A stretch of DNA of 64,000 nt, taken from the NCBI GenBank assembly GCA_035547315.1, contig DASZVH010000004.1, positions 12,107-76,106 of the forward strand. Reading direction: 5' to 3'. Below the pieces are notes generated by a model that ran no database searches, was not told the origin of the DNA, and saw only the letters and a list, made by a program, of their open reading frames with translations. Below are positions 42,661 through 53,185 of the stretch, one piece after another (position 1 is the stretch's first letter; each line of letters starts with the position of its first letter). Source of the DNA: Minisyncoccota bacterium (GTDB lineage Bacteria; Patescibacteriota; Minisyncoccia; Phycocordibacterales; Phycocordibacteraceae). The translations under genes were made by a program, and so were the position numbers.

Positions 42661-43290
42661 TCAGCGGCGGGCGAAGCGGCGAATAAACGCCTCCCGGCCC
42701 ATCCATGCGTCGGTGAGCGGGCGGTAGCGCGTGAAAAGCTGCCGCACGCCCTGCCGATGGTAGAGGATGATGTACCCTTCCTGAAAGAATTGGAAGAGCC
42801 ACGCGTGGAGCCGGGAGCCGCGCCCCTCGCGGAAGGGCCGCAGCGAGAAGCCGAGCCCCGCGATCTCCTCCTCGAGGATAGTCTGGCAGCGGACGGCCGC
42901 CAGCTCGGGGCGCTCGGCGAGCCATGCGGCGATCGCGTGCAGATCCCGGACGATCCGCGGCGCGAAGAGGCCGCCGCCGCGCCCGCGCCGCGCGAGCCGC
43001 GCGCTCGCGATGTGTACCTCGAGGATGAGCGCCCCGGGCGCGAGCCGCACTCCATCGAGCGGGAGCGCGGGGCCCGCGTAGCGCGCGCAGTCGCCCTGGA
43101 CGAGCCCCGCGCGCGTCGGCGGCGCTTCCCAGCCGCGCGCGCGGGCGCGCAGGCGGGTGAGCGCGCGCTCGGCCGAGCCGTAAGCGAGCCAGGTCGCCCA
43201 GGTGAGCGGATAGAGCGCCCAGAGTCCGAGCCAGGCGGCGCGCCGGAGCAGCGAGGGCGTCGCCCGCGCCATAACGGCTTGTGTTGCCAT
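42661..43290 (-). CDS. YkoP-like protein
   Basis: 'LEVHIASARL', 'DLHAIAAWL', 'LGFSLRP', 'AWMGREAFIRRF' resemble the YkoP-like domain. Confidence 0.55.
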   Translation of the reverse strand: MATQAVMARATPSLLRRAAWLGLWALYPLTWATWLAYGSAERALTRLRARARGWEAPPTRAGLVQGDCARYAGPALPLDGVRLAPGALILEVHIASARLARRGRGGGLFAPRIVRDLHAIAAWLAERPELAAVRCQTILEEEIAGLGFSLRPFREGRGSRLHAWLFQFFQEGYIILYHRQGVRQLFTRYRPLTDAWMGREAFIRRFARR

Positions 43291-43433
43291 GCTGTTTCTC
43301 CGATACGTTCGTTTCCGTTCGTGAAAATACCGCTTTCCTCCGCGGCGGTCAAACGGGGCTAGGTATGCAAATCCCACTATCCAGTCGATTGCCTCGACAC
43401 CGCGCGAGCCCTCGGGGTACAATAGCTCCCGTT

Positions 43434-44111
43434 GTGATTTATTTCGACAAGGTGGCGAAACGATATGGCGAGGCGGCAGCGCTCGAGGACATCACCCTCT
43501 CTATCGCCCCCAAGGAGTTCGTCTCTATCGTCGGCCACTCGGGCGCCGGCAAGACCACGCTCTTGAAGCTCCTCCTGGCCGAAGAGCGCCCATCCGAGGG
43601 CTCCGTCTTCTTCGAGTCGATCGATATCAACGACCTGCCGCTCTCCGCGCTCCACCACTACCGCCGCAAGATTGGCATGGTCTTCCAGGACTTCAAGCTC
43701 ATTCCCAACAAGACCGCCTATGAGAACATCGCCTTCGCGATGGAGGCGGCCGGCCGCACCGACGGCGAGATCGCCTCGGACGTCCCCTATATCCTCGAGC
43801 TGGTGAATCTCGCCGAGAAGGCGCACAACTTCCCCGATCAGCTCTCGGGCGGGGAGAAGCAGCGCGTCGCTATAGGCCGGGCGATCATCAACCAGCCGGA
43901 GATCATCGTCGCCGACGAGCCCACCGGCAACCTCGACCCGATCAACACCTTCGAGGTCGTCGAGATCTTGAAGAAGATCAACCAGCTCGGCACCACGGTG
44001 GTGATCACCTCGCACAACCGCGGCGTGGTCGAGGCGGTCGGCGGCCGCGTGGTGACCATGGACCGCGGCCGGATCGTCCGCGACGACGCGGGCGGCGAAT
44101 ACATGCTTTAA
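43434..44111 (+). CDS. ftsE: Cell division ATP-binding protein FtsE
   Basis: GHSGAGKTT, '[13 protein letters not shown]', LSGGEKQR, '[10 protein letters not shown]'; upstream of ftsX. Confidence 0.92.
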   Translation: MIYFDKVAKRYGEAAALEDITLSIAPKEFVSIVGHSGAGKTTLLKLLLAEERPSEGSVFFESIDINDLPLSALHHYRRKIGMVFQDFKLIPNKTAYENIAFAMEAAGRTDGEIASDVPYILELVNLAEKAHNFPDQLSGGEKQRVAIGRAIINQPEIIVADEPTGNLDPINTFEVVEILKKINQLGTTVVITSHNRGVVEAVGGRVVTMDRGRIVRDDAGGEYML

Positions 44112-44118
44112 TCGGCGT

Positions 44119-45045
44119 ATGGACGCGATGACGATCAGAAGGATGCTGGCCTCGGGAGCGAAGAATTTCGCCCGCGGCGGGGCCGTCTCGGTGGCGACCG
44201 TCCTCATCATGACCGTGACGCTCGCGATCATCGGCGTGCTCATCTTCGTCTCCGCGCTGCTCAACTACTCGCTCGCCGCCATCAGGGACAAAGTGGACGT
44301 CTCCGTCTACTTCGTCACCACCGCCTCGGACTCCGACATCCAATCCTTCGTGAACAAGGTCGAGGCGCTCCCGCAGGTCGCCTCCACTACGTACACCACC
44401 CGCGACGAGGCGCTCGTGCAGTTCCAGGCCCGCCACGCCTCCGACGAGCTCACGCTCCAGGCGCTCTCCGAGCTGGGGGAGAACCCGCTCGACGCCTCGC
44501 TCGAGATCGAGGCCAAAGACCCCTCGCAGTATGAAAACATCGTCACCACGCTCGAGGACACTCCGGCGCTTTCGGCCGCGGGCTCCTCGATCATCGACCG
44601 CATCAACTATCAGGAGAACAAGCAGGTCATCGACAAGCTCTCGGGCGCGATCGACGCCACCAAGGAGATCGGCTTCGCGGTGGTGCTTGTCTTCGCCATC
44701 GCCTCCATCCTGATCGCCTTCGCCACCATCCGGCTCGCGATCTACACCGCCAAGGACGAGATCGGCGTCATGCGGCTGGTGGGCGCGAGCAACGCCTATA
44801 TCCGCGGGCCGTTCGTCGTCGTGGGCGTGATCACCGGCATCCTCGCCGCGCTCATCGTGCTCCTCTTGCTGTACCCGGCGGCCTGGTACGCGGCGCATCT
44901 CTCGCGCGCGTGGCTCGGGGGCTTCGACCTCTTCTCCTACTACGGCAGCCACTTTATCGAGATCTTCTGCATCATCGTGGGCTCGGGCATCGTGCTCGGG
45001 GGCGCGGCATCGGTGCTCGCTATCCGACGCTATCTCAAGATCTAG
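44119..45045 (+). CDS. ftsX: Cell division permease-like protein FtsX
   Basis: 'ENPLDAS', 'TIRLAIY...EIGVMRLVGASNAYIRGPF', 'RRYLKI'. Confidence 0.92.
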   Translation: MDAMTIRRMLASGAKNFARGGAVSVATVLIMTVTLAIIGVLIFVSALLNYSLAAIRDKVDVSVYFVTTASDSDIQSFVNKVEALPQVASTTYTTRDEALVQFQARHASDELTLQALSELGENPLDASLEIEAKDPSQYENIVTTLEDTPALSAAGSSIIDRINYQENKQVIDKLSGAIDATKEIGFAVVLVFAIASILIAFATIRLAIYTAKDEIGVMRLVGASNAYIRGPFVVVGVITGILAALIVLLLLYPAAWYAAHLSRAWLGGFDLFSYYGSHFIEIFCIIVGSGIVLGGAASVLAIRRYLKI

Positions 45046-45046
45046 T

Positions 45047-46702
45047 ATGGCCAAGGAAGGACACAAATATATATTCGTCTTGGGCGGGGTGATGAGCGGC
45101 GTGGGGAAGGGCGTCGTCACCTCTTCGATCGGGCTCTTGCTCCAGCAGAAGGGTTATCCGGTGAATCTCGTGAAAATCGACCCCTATTTGAACGTCGATG
45201 CCGGGACCATGAACCCGACCGAGCACGGCGAGGTGTTCGTGCTCACCTCCGGCCTCGAGACGGACCAGGACATGGGCAACTACGAGCGCTTCCTCGGCCG
45301 CGACCTCACCAACGAGGACTACATGACCTCGGGCATGGTCTACCAATCGGTCATCAACCGCGAGCGCAGCCTGGGCTACGGCGGCAAGTTCGTCGAGGCG
45401 ATCCCGCACGTGCGCGACGAGATCATCGCGCGCATGGAGGCCGCGGCGGAGTACAACGGGAGCAAGATCTCGGTCCTCGAGATCGGCGGCACCGTGGGCG
45501 ACTTCCAGAACGCGCTCTACATAGACGCGGCGCGCACGCTCAAGATGAAATATCCGGACGACGTCCTTTTCGTCATGGTCTCGTATCTCCCCGTGCCGGG
45601 CACCATCGGCGAGATGAAAACGCGCCCGACCCAGCACGCGGTGCGCGAATTGAACTCCTACGGCGTGCAGCCCGATTTCCTCATCGCGCGCTCGACCCAC
45701 GCGCTCGACGACAAGCGCAAGGAGAAGCTCGCGATCTGGTGCAATATCCGCAAGGATCACGTGATCTCCGCGCCCGACATCGCGAGCATCTACGAGGCGC
45801 CCTTGAACTTCGAGAAGGATAAGCTCGGAGACATGCTGCTCGACGCCTTGAAGCTCCCCGAGAAGCGCAAGGCCTCGCTCGCCAAGTGGGCGAATTTCGT
45901 CAAGCGTGCGACCAACGGCAAGGCGCCGCCGGTCGACATCGCGATCGTCGGCAAATATTTCGATACGGGCGACTTCGTCCTCTCGGACGCCTATCTCTCC
46001 GTCATCGAGGCGATCAAGTTCTCCGCCGCGGCCCTCGGCCGCCGCGCGCGCATCACCTGGGTCAATTCCAAGGATTTCGAAAAGGGCAAGGCCAAAGTCG
46101 CGATGCTCGCGAAGTTCGACGGCATCATCGTGCCGGGCGGCTTCGGCGAGACGGGGATCGAGGGCAAGATCAAGGCGATCGAGTACGCGCGCGAGCACAA
46201 GATTCCCTACTTCGGCCTCTGCTACGGCATGCAGCTCATGGTGGTGGAATATGCGCGGCACGTGCTCGGCCGCAAGGAGGCGCACACCACCGAGATCAAG
46301 AAGGGCGCCAAGGACCCGGTCGTGGACGTCATGCTCGAGCAGAAACAGCACCTCGAGGGCGGCAAATACGGCGGCACGATGCGGCTCGGCACCTACCCGG
46401 CGCACTTGAAGAAGGGCTCGATCGCGCGCGGCGCTTACAAGGCCGAGATGGTGCAGGAGCGCCACCGCCACCGCTACGAGATCAATAACGCCTACGTGAA
46501 GCAGCTTGAGGAGGCGGGGCTCATCTTCTCCGGCACCTCGCCCGACCGCTCGCTTATGGAGATCGCGGAATTGCCCAAGAGCAAGCACCCCTTCATGCTC
46601 GGCACGCAGTTCCACCCCGAGCTCCAGGCGCGCCCGCTTGCCCCTCATCCTTTGTTCACCGCCTTCCTCGCGGCCGCTGTCAACAAGCACAAGCGCCGCT
46701 AA
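45047..46702 (+). CDS. pyrG: CTP synthase
   Basis: 'GGVMSGVGKG', 'DPYLNVDAGTMNP.EHGEVFV', 'GLCYGMQ', 'ERHRHRYE', 'QFHPE'. Confidence 0.97.
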   Translation: MAKEGHKYIFVLGGVMSGVGKGVVTSSIGLLLQQKGYPVNLVKIDPYLNVDAGTMNPTEHGEVFVLTSGLETDQDMGNYERFLGRDLTNEDYMTSGMVYQSVINRERSLGYGGKFVEAIPHVRDEIIARMEAAAEYNGSKISVLEIGGTVGDFQNALYIDAARTLKMKYPDDVLFVMVSYLPVPGTIGEMKTRPTQHAVRELNSYGVQPDFLIARSTHALDDKRKEKLAIWCNIRKDHVISAPDIASIYEAPLNFEKDKLGDMLLDALKLPEKRKASLAKWANFVKRATNGKAPPVDIAIVGKYFDTGDFVLSDAYLSVIEAIKFSAAALGRRARITWVNSKDFEKGKAKVAMLAKFDGIIVPGGFGETGIEGKIKAIEYAREHKIPYFGLCYGMQLMVVEYARHVLGRKEAHTTEIKKGAKDPVVDVMLEQKQHLEGGKYGGTMRLGTYPAHLKKGSIARGAYKAEMVQERHRHRYEINNAYVKQLEEAGLIFSGTSPDRSLMEIAELPKSKHPFMLGTQFHPELQARPLAPHPLFTAFLAAAVNKHKRR

Positions 46703-46741
46703 TTCATTTCTTCTTCGAGCGTCTGCTATAGTATCCGCACT

Positions 46742-47548
46742 GTGGCGAATATGATCGAGGTGGGGAAGCTCGAGAAGAGCTTCGGCGAGTTTAAAGCCGT
46801 CAAAGGCATCTCTTTCTCGGTGCCGGAGGGCGGGATCTTCGCCTTCCTCGGCCCCAACGGCGCGGGCAAATCGACCACGATCAAGATGCTCACGACCCTG
46901 CTTCACCCCACGGGCGGCTCGATTAAGATCAACGGACACGATCCGGTCAAAGATGCCGACGCCGTGCGCCACTCCTTCGGCATCGTCTTCCAGGACCCAT
47001 CGCTCGACGACGACCTCACCGCCTTCGAGAACATGGAGTTCCATGGCATCCTCTACGGCTTGCCGCGCGAGCTGCGCAGAAAGCGGATCGCCGAGCTGCT
47101 CGCGTTCGTCGAGCTTGAAGGGCGCAAGAATAATTACGTGCGCGAGTTCTCGGGCGGCATGAAGCGCCGGCTCGAGATCGCACGCGGGCTCCTGCACCAC
47201 CCCAAGATCATCTTCCTCGACGAGCCGACCTTGGGGCTCGACCCGCAGACGCGCAATCACCTCTGGGAGTATTTGAAGAAGCTCAATAAAGACGAGGGGA
47301 TCACTGTCTTCTTTACCACGCACTACATGGACGAGGCTGACAGGATCGCCGAGCGTATCGCTATTATCGATCACGGCGCTATCATCGCGGAGGGCTCTGG
47401 CGCGGAGCTCAAAGCGGAGACCGGGAAAGCGACCCTCGAAGAGGCTTTCCTTGCGCTTACGGGCCACAAAATCCGCGAGGAGGAGGCGGGCGCGGTTGAT
47501 CAGCTGCGGCAGATGGGCCGGATCTGGGGCGGAGGTAACCGCCGATAA
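46742..47548 (+). CDS. ABC-2 exporter ATP-binding protein (DrrA-like)
   Basis: GPNGAGKSTT, FSGGMKRR, 'LDEPTLGLDP', 'TTHYMDEA'. Confidence 0.9.
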   Translation: MANMIEVGKLEKSFGEFKAVKGISFSVPEGGIFAFLGPNGAGKSTTIKMLTTLLHPTGGSIKINGHDPVKDADAVRHSFGIVFQDPSLDDDLTAFENMEFHGILYGLPRELRRKRIAELLAFVELEGRKNNYVREFSGGMKRRLEIARGLLHHPKIIFLDEPTLGLDPQTRNHLWEYLKKLNKDEGITVFFTTHYMDEADRIAERIAIIDHGAIIAEGSGAELKAETGKATLEEAFLALTGHKIREEEAGAVDQLRQMGRIWGGGNRR

Positions 47549-47555
47549 CATTTCT

Positions 47556-48302
47556 ATGAACGGCGTCTATATCATGTGGCTGCGGGAGGTGAAGAAGTTC
47601 ATGCGGAGCAAGTCCCGCATCGTGGGCGCCTTGGGCCAGCCTATCTTCTACCTGCTCGCCTTGGGGTATGGCTTGGGCTCAGTCTTTCGGGCGGCGGGAC
47701 AGGGCAACTATATCGAGTTCCTCGTGCCGGGCATTATCGGCATGACGCTTATCTTCACCTCCATATTCAACGGCATGTCGGTCATCTGGGATCGGCAGTT
47801 TGGCTTCCTCAAGGAGACGCTGGTCGCGCCCGTGTCGCGCATCTCGATCATGTTCGGCCGCACGGCGGGCGGCGCGACGGTGGCGATGGCGCAGGGAATC
47901 ATCGTCTTGGCGCTCACCTTCGTCTTCGGCTTTACGCCCACCCACTGGCTCAATATCATCCCCGCGATCGGCGTGATGCTCCTGATCGGCCTCCTTTTCT
48001 CCTCGCTCGGCATCATGGTTGCCTCGCTCTTGAAAGACATGCAGGGTTTCCAGCTCATCATGAATTTCCTGGTTATGCCGATGTTCTTCCTTTCGGGCTC
48101 GCTCTTCCCGCTCACTGGCATCCCGTTCCTCCTCTCGTTTCTCGCGAAGATCGACCCCCTCTCCTACGGCATCGACGCAATGCGCGCGCTCCTTATCAAT
48201 CAAGGGCACTTCGCACTCTCGCTTGACCTTGGCGTGCTGGCGGCACTCACGATCCTTTTCCTCGGGCTCGGCTCCTACTTCTTCTCCAAGATCGAGGCTT
48301 AG
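47556..48302 (+). CDS. ABC-2 exporter permease
   Basis: 'FLVPGIIGM', 'WDRQFGFLKETLVAPVSR', 'FLSGSLFP', 'DPLSYGIDAMR'. Confidence 0.9.
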   Translation: MNGVYIMWLREVKKFMRSKSRIVGALGQPIFYLLALGYGLGSVFRAAGQGNYIEFLVPGIIGMTLIFTSIFNGMSVIWDRQFGFLKETLVAPVSRISIMFGRTAGGATVAMAQGIIVLALTFVFGFTPTHWLNIIPAIGVMLLIGLLFSSLGIMVASLLKDMQGFQLIMNFLVMPMFFLSGSLFPLTGIPFLLSFLAKIDPLSYGIDAMRALLINQGHFALSLDLGVLAALTILFLGLGSYFFSKIEA

Positions 48303-49045
48303 CCGAGCTTCTTCAACTCCTCGGTGAGCAGGTCTACGTATCTATAGAAATCGGGCGCGCGTGGGTCGCGCGGGCGGGGGAGCTCTATCGTGATCGTCTT
48401 CTTGACCTCGCCCGGATGCGCACTCATGAGCACGACCTCGTCTGAGAGCTCGACCGAATCCGGGATCAGATGATTGACCATCAAAATCGTCATGCCGTAT
48501 TGCCGCCAGAGCTTCAGGAGGTCGTGCTTCAAGTCCTCGGCGGTAATCGTGTCGAGATTGGAGAACGGCTCGTCGAGGATGAGGAGGTCGGGCTCTATCG
48601 CCAAGGCGCGCGCGAGCCCGACGCGCTGCTTCTGCCCGCCCGAGAGCTCGGCGGGGTAGTGATGCTCCAGATGCGCGAGGCCGACCTCCGCGAGCTTCTC
48701 GCGCGCCTTCTTGAGCCGTGCGGCCCGCTCCACCCCGCTCATCTTGAGGCCGAAGGCGACGTTCTCGAGCGCGGTCGCCCAGGGGAAGAGCGCGTAGTTC
48801 TGGAAGACCATGCCGGGGCGAGAGAAGTTGCGCACGATATGCCCGCCGCGCGCGCGCATAAAGCCGAGCAACACGCGCAGCAGCGTCGACTTGCCCGCGC
48901 CCGAGGGGCCCGAGAGCGAGACGAAGGAACCCTTCGCTGCGCTCAGGGTGATATCGCGCAGCGCGAGCACGCTCTTATCGCGCTCGTCGTCGAAGCGCGC
49001 GGAGACGCGCGAGAGGGCGAAGGCGGTCGTAGCGTCGGCGCTCAT
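48299..49045 (-). CDS. ABC transporter ATP-binding protein (NitT/TauT family)
   Basis: GPSGAGKST, 'VFQNYALFPW', LSGGQKQR, 'ELPRPRD'. Confidence 0.88.
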   Translation of the reverse strand: MSADATTAFALSRVSARFDDERDKSVLALRDITLSAAKGSFVSLSGPSGAGKSTLLRVLLGFMRARGGHIVRNFSRPGMVFQNYALFPWATALENVAFGLKMSGVERAARLKKAREKLAEVGLAHLEHHYPAELSGGQKQRVGLARALAIEPDLLILDEPFSNLDTITAEDLKHDLLKLWRQYGMTILMVNHLIPDSVELSDEVVLMSAHPGEVKKTITIELPRPRDPRAPDFYRYVDLLTEELKKLG

Positions 49046-49046
49046 A

Positions 49047-49796
49047 TCACTCTGCATAATGCCTCGCGCTGTCGGAGAGCAGGGGCGCCCAGAGCAGGCG
49101 ATTGGCGGCGAAGACGACCGCGAGGATGCCGAGGATCCCCGCAAAGAGCGCGGGCGTCACCCCCACCGAGCCCGCGGCATTGATGAAGCCGCCGATGCCG
49201 CCGACGCCCCCGATGATCTCGGCGCCGATCACGCTCTCCCAGCCTATCGCGAGCCCGACCACCGAGCCGGTGATGATGGCGGGGAAGGAGAGCGGCGCGA
49301 GATAGCTGCCGATGCGGCGCCAGCCGCGCGCGCCGAAAATGGTCGCCGCGTCGTTGAGATCCTCATGCGCGCTCTTGATCGCGGTCAGGACGGCGAAGAG
49401 GATCGGCCACATCACGCCGGTCGCGGTGAAGAGGATGATCATGAAGTCGCTGTAGCCCCAGAAGTAGACGAAGATCGGCAGAACCGCGAAGGAGGGGACA
49501 TTCTGCAGCAGGTCGAAGAGGGGGAAGAGGCCGGAGGCGAGCTTGGTCCAGCCAATCCCAAGCGCGATGCCCGCGCCGAGCGCGAGGCCGATCACATAGC
49601 CGCCCGCAAGCCGGTACGTGCTTTGCCAGAGCCCGAGCGCGAGCGCCTGCCAGGCCACGCCGGCGAAGTAGCCGGCCGCGCCGAGGATAAGGGCGAGCGC
49701 GAGGAGCGTCAGGAGCAGGAGGGCGGAGTGCTTGGCGCGCCGCCGGTGCGCGTGGTGCCAGGCTCTCGTTGGGGTGTGGCCGACGCTGCGAATCAT
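49047..49796 (-). CDS. ABC transporter permease (NitT/TauT family)
   Basis: 'STYRLAGGY', 'LQNVPSFAVLP', EAA-like loop 'DAATIFGA', 'GWESVIGAE'. Confidence 0.85.
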   Translation of the reverse strand: MIRSVGHTPTRAWHHAHRRRAKHSALLLLTLLALALILGAAGYFAGVAWQALALGLWQSTYRLAGGYVIGLALGAGIALGIGWTKLASGLFPLFDLLQNVPSFAVLPIFVYFWGYSDFMIILFTATGVMWPILFAVLTAIKSAHEDLNDAATIFGARGWRRIGSYLAPLSFPAIITGSVVGLAIGWESVIGAEIIGGVGGIGGFINAAGSVGVTPALFAGILGILAVVFAANRLLWAPLLSDSARHYAE

Positions 49797-49846
49797 GCTG
49801 TTTTATAGTATAGTGCACCCGCGCCACGCTCCTGCGTGGCGCACCT

Positions 49847-49920
49847 TGCCGGGTCGTCTAATGGTAGGACAACAGACTCTGGATCTGTTTATCTTGGTTC
49901 GAGTCCAAGCCCGGCAGCCA
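49847..49920 (+). tRNA. tRNA-Gln(CTG), encoded CCA; island integration site
   Basis: TGCCGGG/CCCGGCA-G-CCA, ACAGA-CTCTGGA-TCTGT, GGTTCGAGTCC. Confidence 0.95.
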
Positions 49921-49994
49921 ATCAGGACATCGTACGGATGACCTAGAGGGGTCAATTCCTTTACTAAACCTTCTGGACATGTTTGCATTTAGCT

Positions 49995-51047
49995 ATGAAG
50001 GAGAAATCTCTGCCTAAACCGAATACGCAGGCCCTAAGTTGGTTTTATGGTGAGAGCAAGAAAGGGAATCTTATACTTGATCCCAAGTACCAAAGGAATC
50101 CGATTTGGTCCATTGGCCAGAAGTGTTTTCTGATAGATAGCTTGATTTCCGGGTCGCCCATTCCACAGGTCTTTATTAACATTAAAACAAAGACTGTTAG
50201 TAAAGTCCGACAAACCGACTATGAAGTAGTTGATGGACAACAACGGCTGCGCGCGATTTTGGAGTTCATGGAAGATCAGTACCCTTTAATCAAAACAACT
50301 GCCAAGTCCTACCCCGTTTCCGGCATCTATGCGCCACACATTGGCAAAAAATATTCCGAGTTACCCTCCGAATTACAGGATGCGATTTGGAACTATCCTC
50401 TTGCTGTTCAAGAGTTACGAGATTGGACGGATGTCGAAATAAGAGCCCTTTTTAGACGGCTCAATTATGTTGTAGAAAAATTGAACAAACAGGAATTACG
50501 CCACTCTCAGTACTTTGGTGAATTTGTTATTGCGGCAGAAGAGTTAAGCAAGGATCCTTTTTGGGATGAAATTGATTTCTTTTCCCGCCATGATTCGCAA
50601 CGAATGAAAGACGTGGAATTTGTTAGCGAGCTGCTCGTCCTTCTCATGGATGGCCCCCAAGAAGGGCAGTCTACTCTGGATAGATTTTATGCTGATTACG
50701 ATGTTCTTTTTCCGAAGAAAAAGAATTATCTGTCAAAATTTCATCAAACCCTCCGCTCCTTAAAATCAATAGAGACGTACCTGGCCAGCAGTCGCTTTGT
50801 AAAGAAAGCGGACTTTTACGCTCTATTTGGGGCTGTGTCGAGTTTAAATGAGCTTGTCAAACAAGCAGTCAACCTTTCTTACGCTGAGAACGAGCTAAGC
50901 AAATTTGAAAATCAACTTTCAAAATCTCCCGAAAGTCTGACGGGAAAAGTATTGAAATATTACAATACTGTCATCGAAGGTCCTGCAAAGAAAGCTAAAC
51001 GGGAAGAGCGCATCAAAATACTTTCAGGCTTGGTAGCTAAAGATTGA
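49995..51047 (+). CDS. DUF262 (ParB-like/GmrS-type) domain protein
   Basis: 'PKYQRNPIW', 'LIDSL..G.PIP', 'VVDGQQRL', 'LFRRLN', 'LNKQELR'. Confidence 0.88.
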   Translation: MKEKSLPKPNTQALSWFYGESKKGNLILDPKYQRNPIWSIGQKCFLIDSLISGSPIPQVFINIKTKTVSKVRQTDYEVVDGQQRLRAILEFMEDQYPLIKTTAKSYPVSGIYAPHIGKKYSELPSELQDAIWNYPLAVQELRDWTDVEIRALFRRLNYVVEKLNKQELRHSQYFGEFVIAAEELSKDPFWDEIDFFSRHDSQRMKDVEFVSELLVLLMDGPQEGQSTLDRFYADYDVLFPKKKNYLSKFHQTLRSLKSIETYLASSRFVKKADFYALFGAVSSLNELVKQAVNLSYAENELSKFENQLSKSPESLTGKVLKYYNTVIEGPAKKAKREERIKILSGLVAKD

Positions 51048-51052
51048 AATGG

Positions 51053-51742
51053 ATGGCAACTACTACGGCAAAAAAAGTTGTCAACAAATTTACCAGCCGG
51101 CTCACTAAGGTTGGAGGATACTACGGCGAGCTGATATTAGCCGTTAACTTAAAGAGGCATCAGGCAGCTTTAGAGACTATGTTGGCTGAACAGTTCGTAT
51201 TCAATATTGTGGTGTTTTGGGAGGTGTTTCTTAACGAACTTCTGCTCACTTATCTTGTTGCGTCTCCAAAAAGGTTTCTTTCCAATCTCAAAGACAGGAT
51301 GGGCCAGTCTGTAAAAGAGCGATATGGAGGCGGGGCTGCCCAAATGCTCAAATTTAATTCTCCTAGATCAATCTCACTGGCAAAGGCCGCTGCACTTGCT
51401 GACCCAAAAGATTTTAATCTAACCGCAGAGTCTGCTGATCAGCTTACGAAACGAGCCAATGACTTGCTCGAAGCGAAATTCGCTAAACCCTTTACCCTAG
51501 ATCCCGATGATGCTCAATTTTTGGATTATTTGGTTTGTCTTAGAAATTTTCTTGCACACAGAAGTACATCTTCTAGAAATAAATTGAGAATAGCAGTGTC
51601 TGCACTCCAAAATTCGAACAACGATCTGAACGGCTCCATTTCAAACATAGGAACTTATCTGAAGACCACTAACACGTCAAACAAGACCCGAGCCTTGATA
51701 ATTTCAGAGCGTATGGTCCAAATAGCAAATAAGCTGGTTTAA
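51053..51742 (+). CDS. HEPN-like protein (RxxxxH)
   Basis: Helical protein with N-terminal 'VVFWEVFL' and 'LRNFLAH'; directly follows DUF262 (alternative TTG start at 51044). Confidence 0.65.
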   Translation: MATTTAKKVVNKFTSRLTKVGGYYGELILAVNLKRHQAALETMLAEQFVFNIVVFWEVFLNELLLTYLVASPKRFLSNLKDRMGQSVKERYGGGAAQMLKFNSPRSISLAKAAALADPKDFNLTAESADQLTKRANDLLEAKFAKPFTLDPDDAQFLDYLVCLRNFLAHRSTSSRNKLRIAVSALQNSNNDLNGSISNIGTYLKTTNTSNKTRALIISERMVQIANKLV

Positions 51743-53070
51743 GAGTCCAGTATGACTTTTTTGTTTATGAGTGTAAGCCGGCTTCTAAATGACTGCATTA
51801 ACTCTCGCTTCTCCTCCAGTGAACCCTCCTTAAGAAGGTACTTCGCATAAGATCGTAAATCTGTTTTGCTCTGAGCATCGATTTGGTCTGCGCCGATGCC
51901 GAGCACTTTATTGCGGAAGTGATTGAAGCGCCCCATTTCTTTCTCAAGCTTCTGTTTAATGCCGAGAGTATTGAGATCCAACTTATCCACGATCTCTAAA
52001 AGCTGAGCAATCAACTCTTCTTCCCGTAGGTATGTGTTCTTGCAATTCTTGTCATAGAACCTCGTGCAGCCGTAGTAGATATACTTTGCTGTAGTCCCAT
52101 CCGCCAGACCCTTGAACTTCTCTTCAGCTGTTACACCGGAATTGCACAATCCGCATTTCATCAAGCGTGTGAAGGCGAATTCTTTGTACATCTGGCCATG
52201 TGGTTTGTGCGAGTCCAATTTTTCCTGAACCTTCTTGTAAAGTTCTTGGCTGATCAAAGGCTCGTGCCGGCCCACGTACCACTTGCCACTTTTCTTTGGG
52301 TACTCAATGAGACCACAGTAGAACGGGTTACGTAAGACCGTATGGATATTGCTCAACGAGAAGGGCTTCCCATTTCGAGTTTGAAACTTCACCTCGTCCT
52401 TTAACCACCGAAAGAGGCGTCTGCCACTCCACTTTTCGTAGGCAACCTTTTCGAACATCAATCGGATAATGTGAGCCCGCTGCGGATCGAGAACAACGTG
52501 GCATTTCATTGTTCGATCCGGATGGTTGATATAGCCAGTGGGCGCTACGCTCGGCCATAGGCCCATTTCGATGCGGGTGCGGAGACCGCGCTTCACGTTC
52601 ATGCTCTTGTTGTCGTTCTCGAGCTTCGCTTGCGAGCACAGGATCATCAGCAAGAATTTCTCACTGGGATTGTTTGTAAATTTCTGGCCGTATGTCCTCA
52701 CCTCAACTAGTTTTTTCTGGTCCATCAAGTCAACGATCGAGCCAAGATCGCCGGCGTTTCTTGAAAGGCGATCCGGATGCCATGCGAGTATGGCGTTGAA
52801 CTTGCCCTCCTTCAGTTCACGGATAAGCTCATTAAAAACTGGTCGTTGGGCAGTGTCCTTGGCCGAGTGAGATTCGCGCTTTATTTCGCTCACAGTCAAC
52901 CCGTCTCTCTGGGCGAGAGTCAGCATCTCTTTTATTTGGGAGTCTATCGAGAGTGCCTGCTTTTCGTCGGATTCGGTCGATTTTCGTGCATACAGGCAGT
53001 ATTTAAGGGGAACGACCTCTACAGGCGCTTGGGCGCCCGTTTGGCCTGCGTATAGTCCCACTTCCGGCAT
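51739..53070 (-). CDS. Large serine recombinase (resolvase + recombinase + Zn-ribbon)
   Basis: 'YARKSTES', 'DRLSRN', 'APTGY', 'LRNPFYCG', 'HEPLIS', 'CGLC..YYGC..C'. Confidence 0.92.
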   Translation of the reverse strand: MPEVGLYAGQTGAQAPVEVVPLKYCLYARKSTESDEKQALSIDSQIKEMLTLAQRDGLTVSEIKRESHSAKDTAQRPVFNELIRELKEGKFNAILAWHPDRLSRNAGDLGSIVDLMDQKKLVEVRTYGQKFTNNPSEKFLLMILCSQAKLENDNKSMNVKRGLRTRIEMGLWPSVAPTGYINHPDRTMKCHVVLDPQRAHIIRLMFEKVAYEKWSGRRLFRWLKDEVKFQTRNGKPFSLSNIHTVLRNPFYCGLIEYPKKSGKWYVGRHEPLISQELYKKVQEKLDSHKPHGQMYKEFAFTRLMKCGLCNSGVTAEEKFKGLADGTTAKYIYYGCTRFYDKNCKNTYLREEELIAQLLEIVDKLDLNTLGIKQKLEKEMGRFNHFRNKVLGIGADQIDAQSKTDLRSYAKYLLKEGSLEEKRELMQSFRSRLTLINKKVILDS

Positions 53071-53185
53071 ACAGCACACATACAGCCCGGAAGCCGTTCA
53101 GAAGTCTAGTGCCCTGAAAGGGGATAACTACACCCCACTTATCTCGCAATAGCCATAGAGACCGATTTGCGATAGTCTTGGATTA

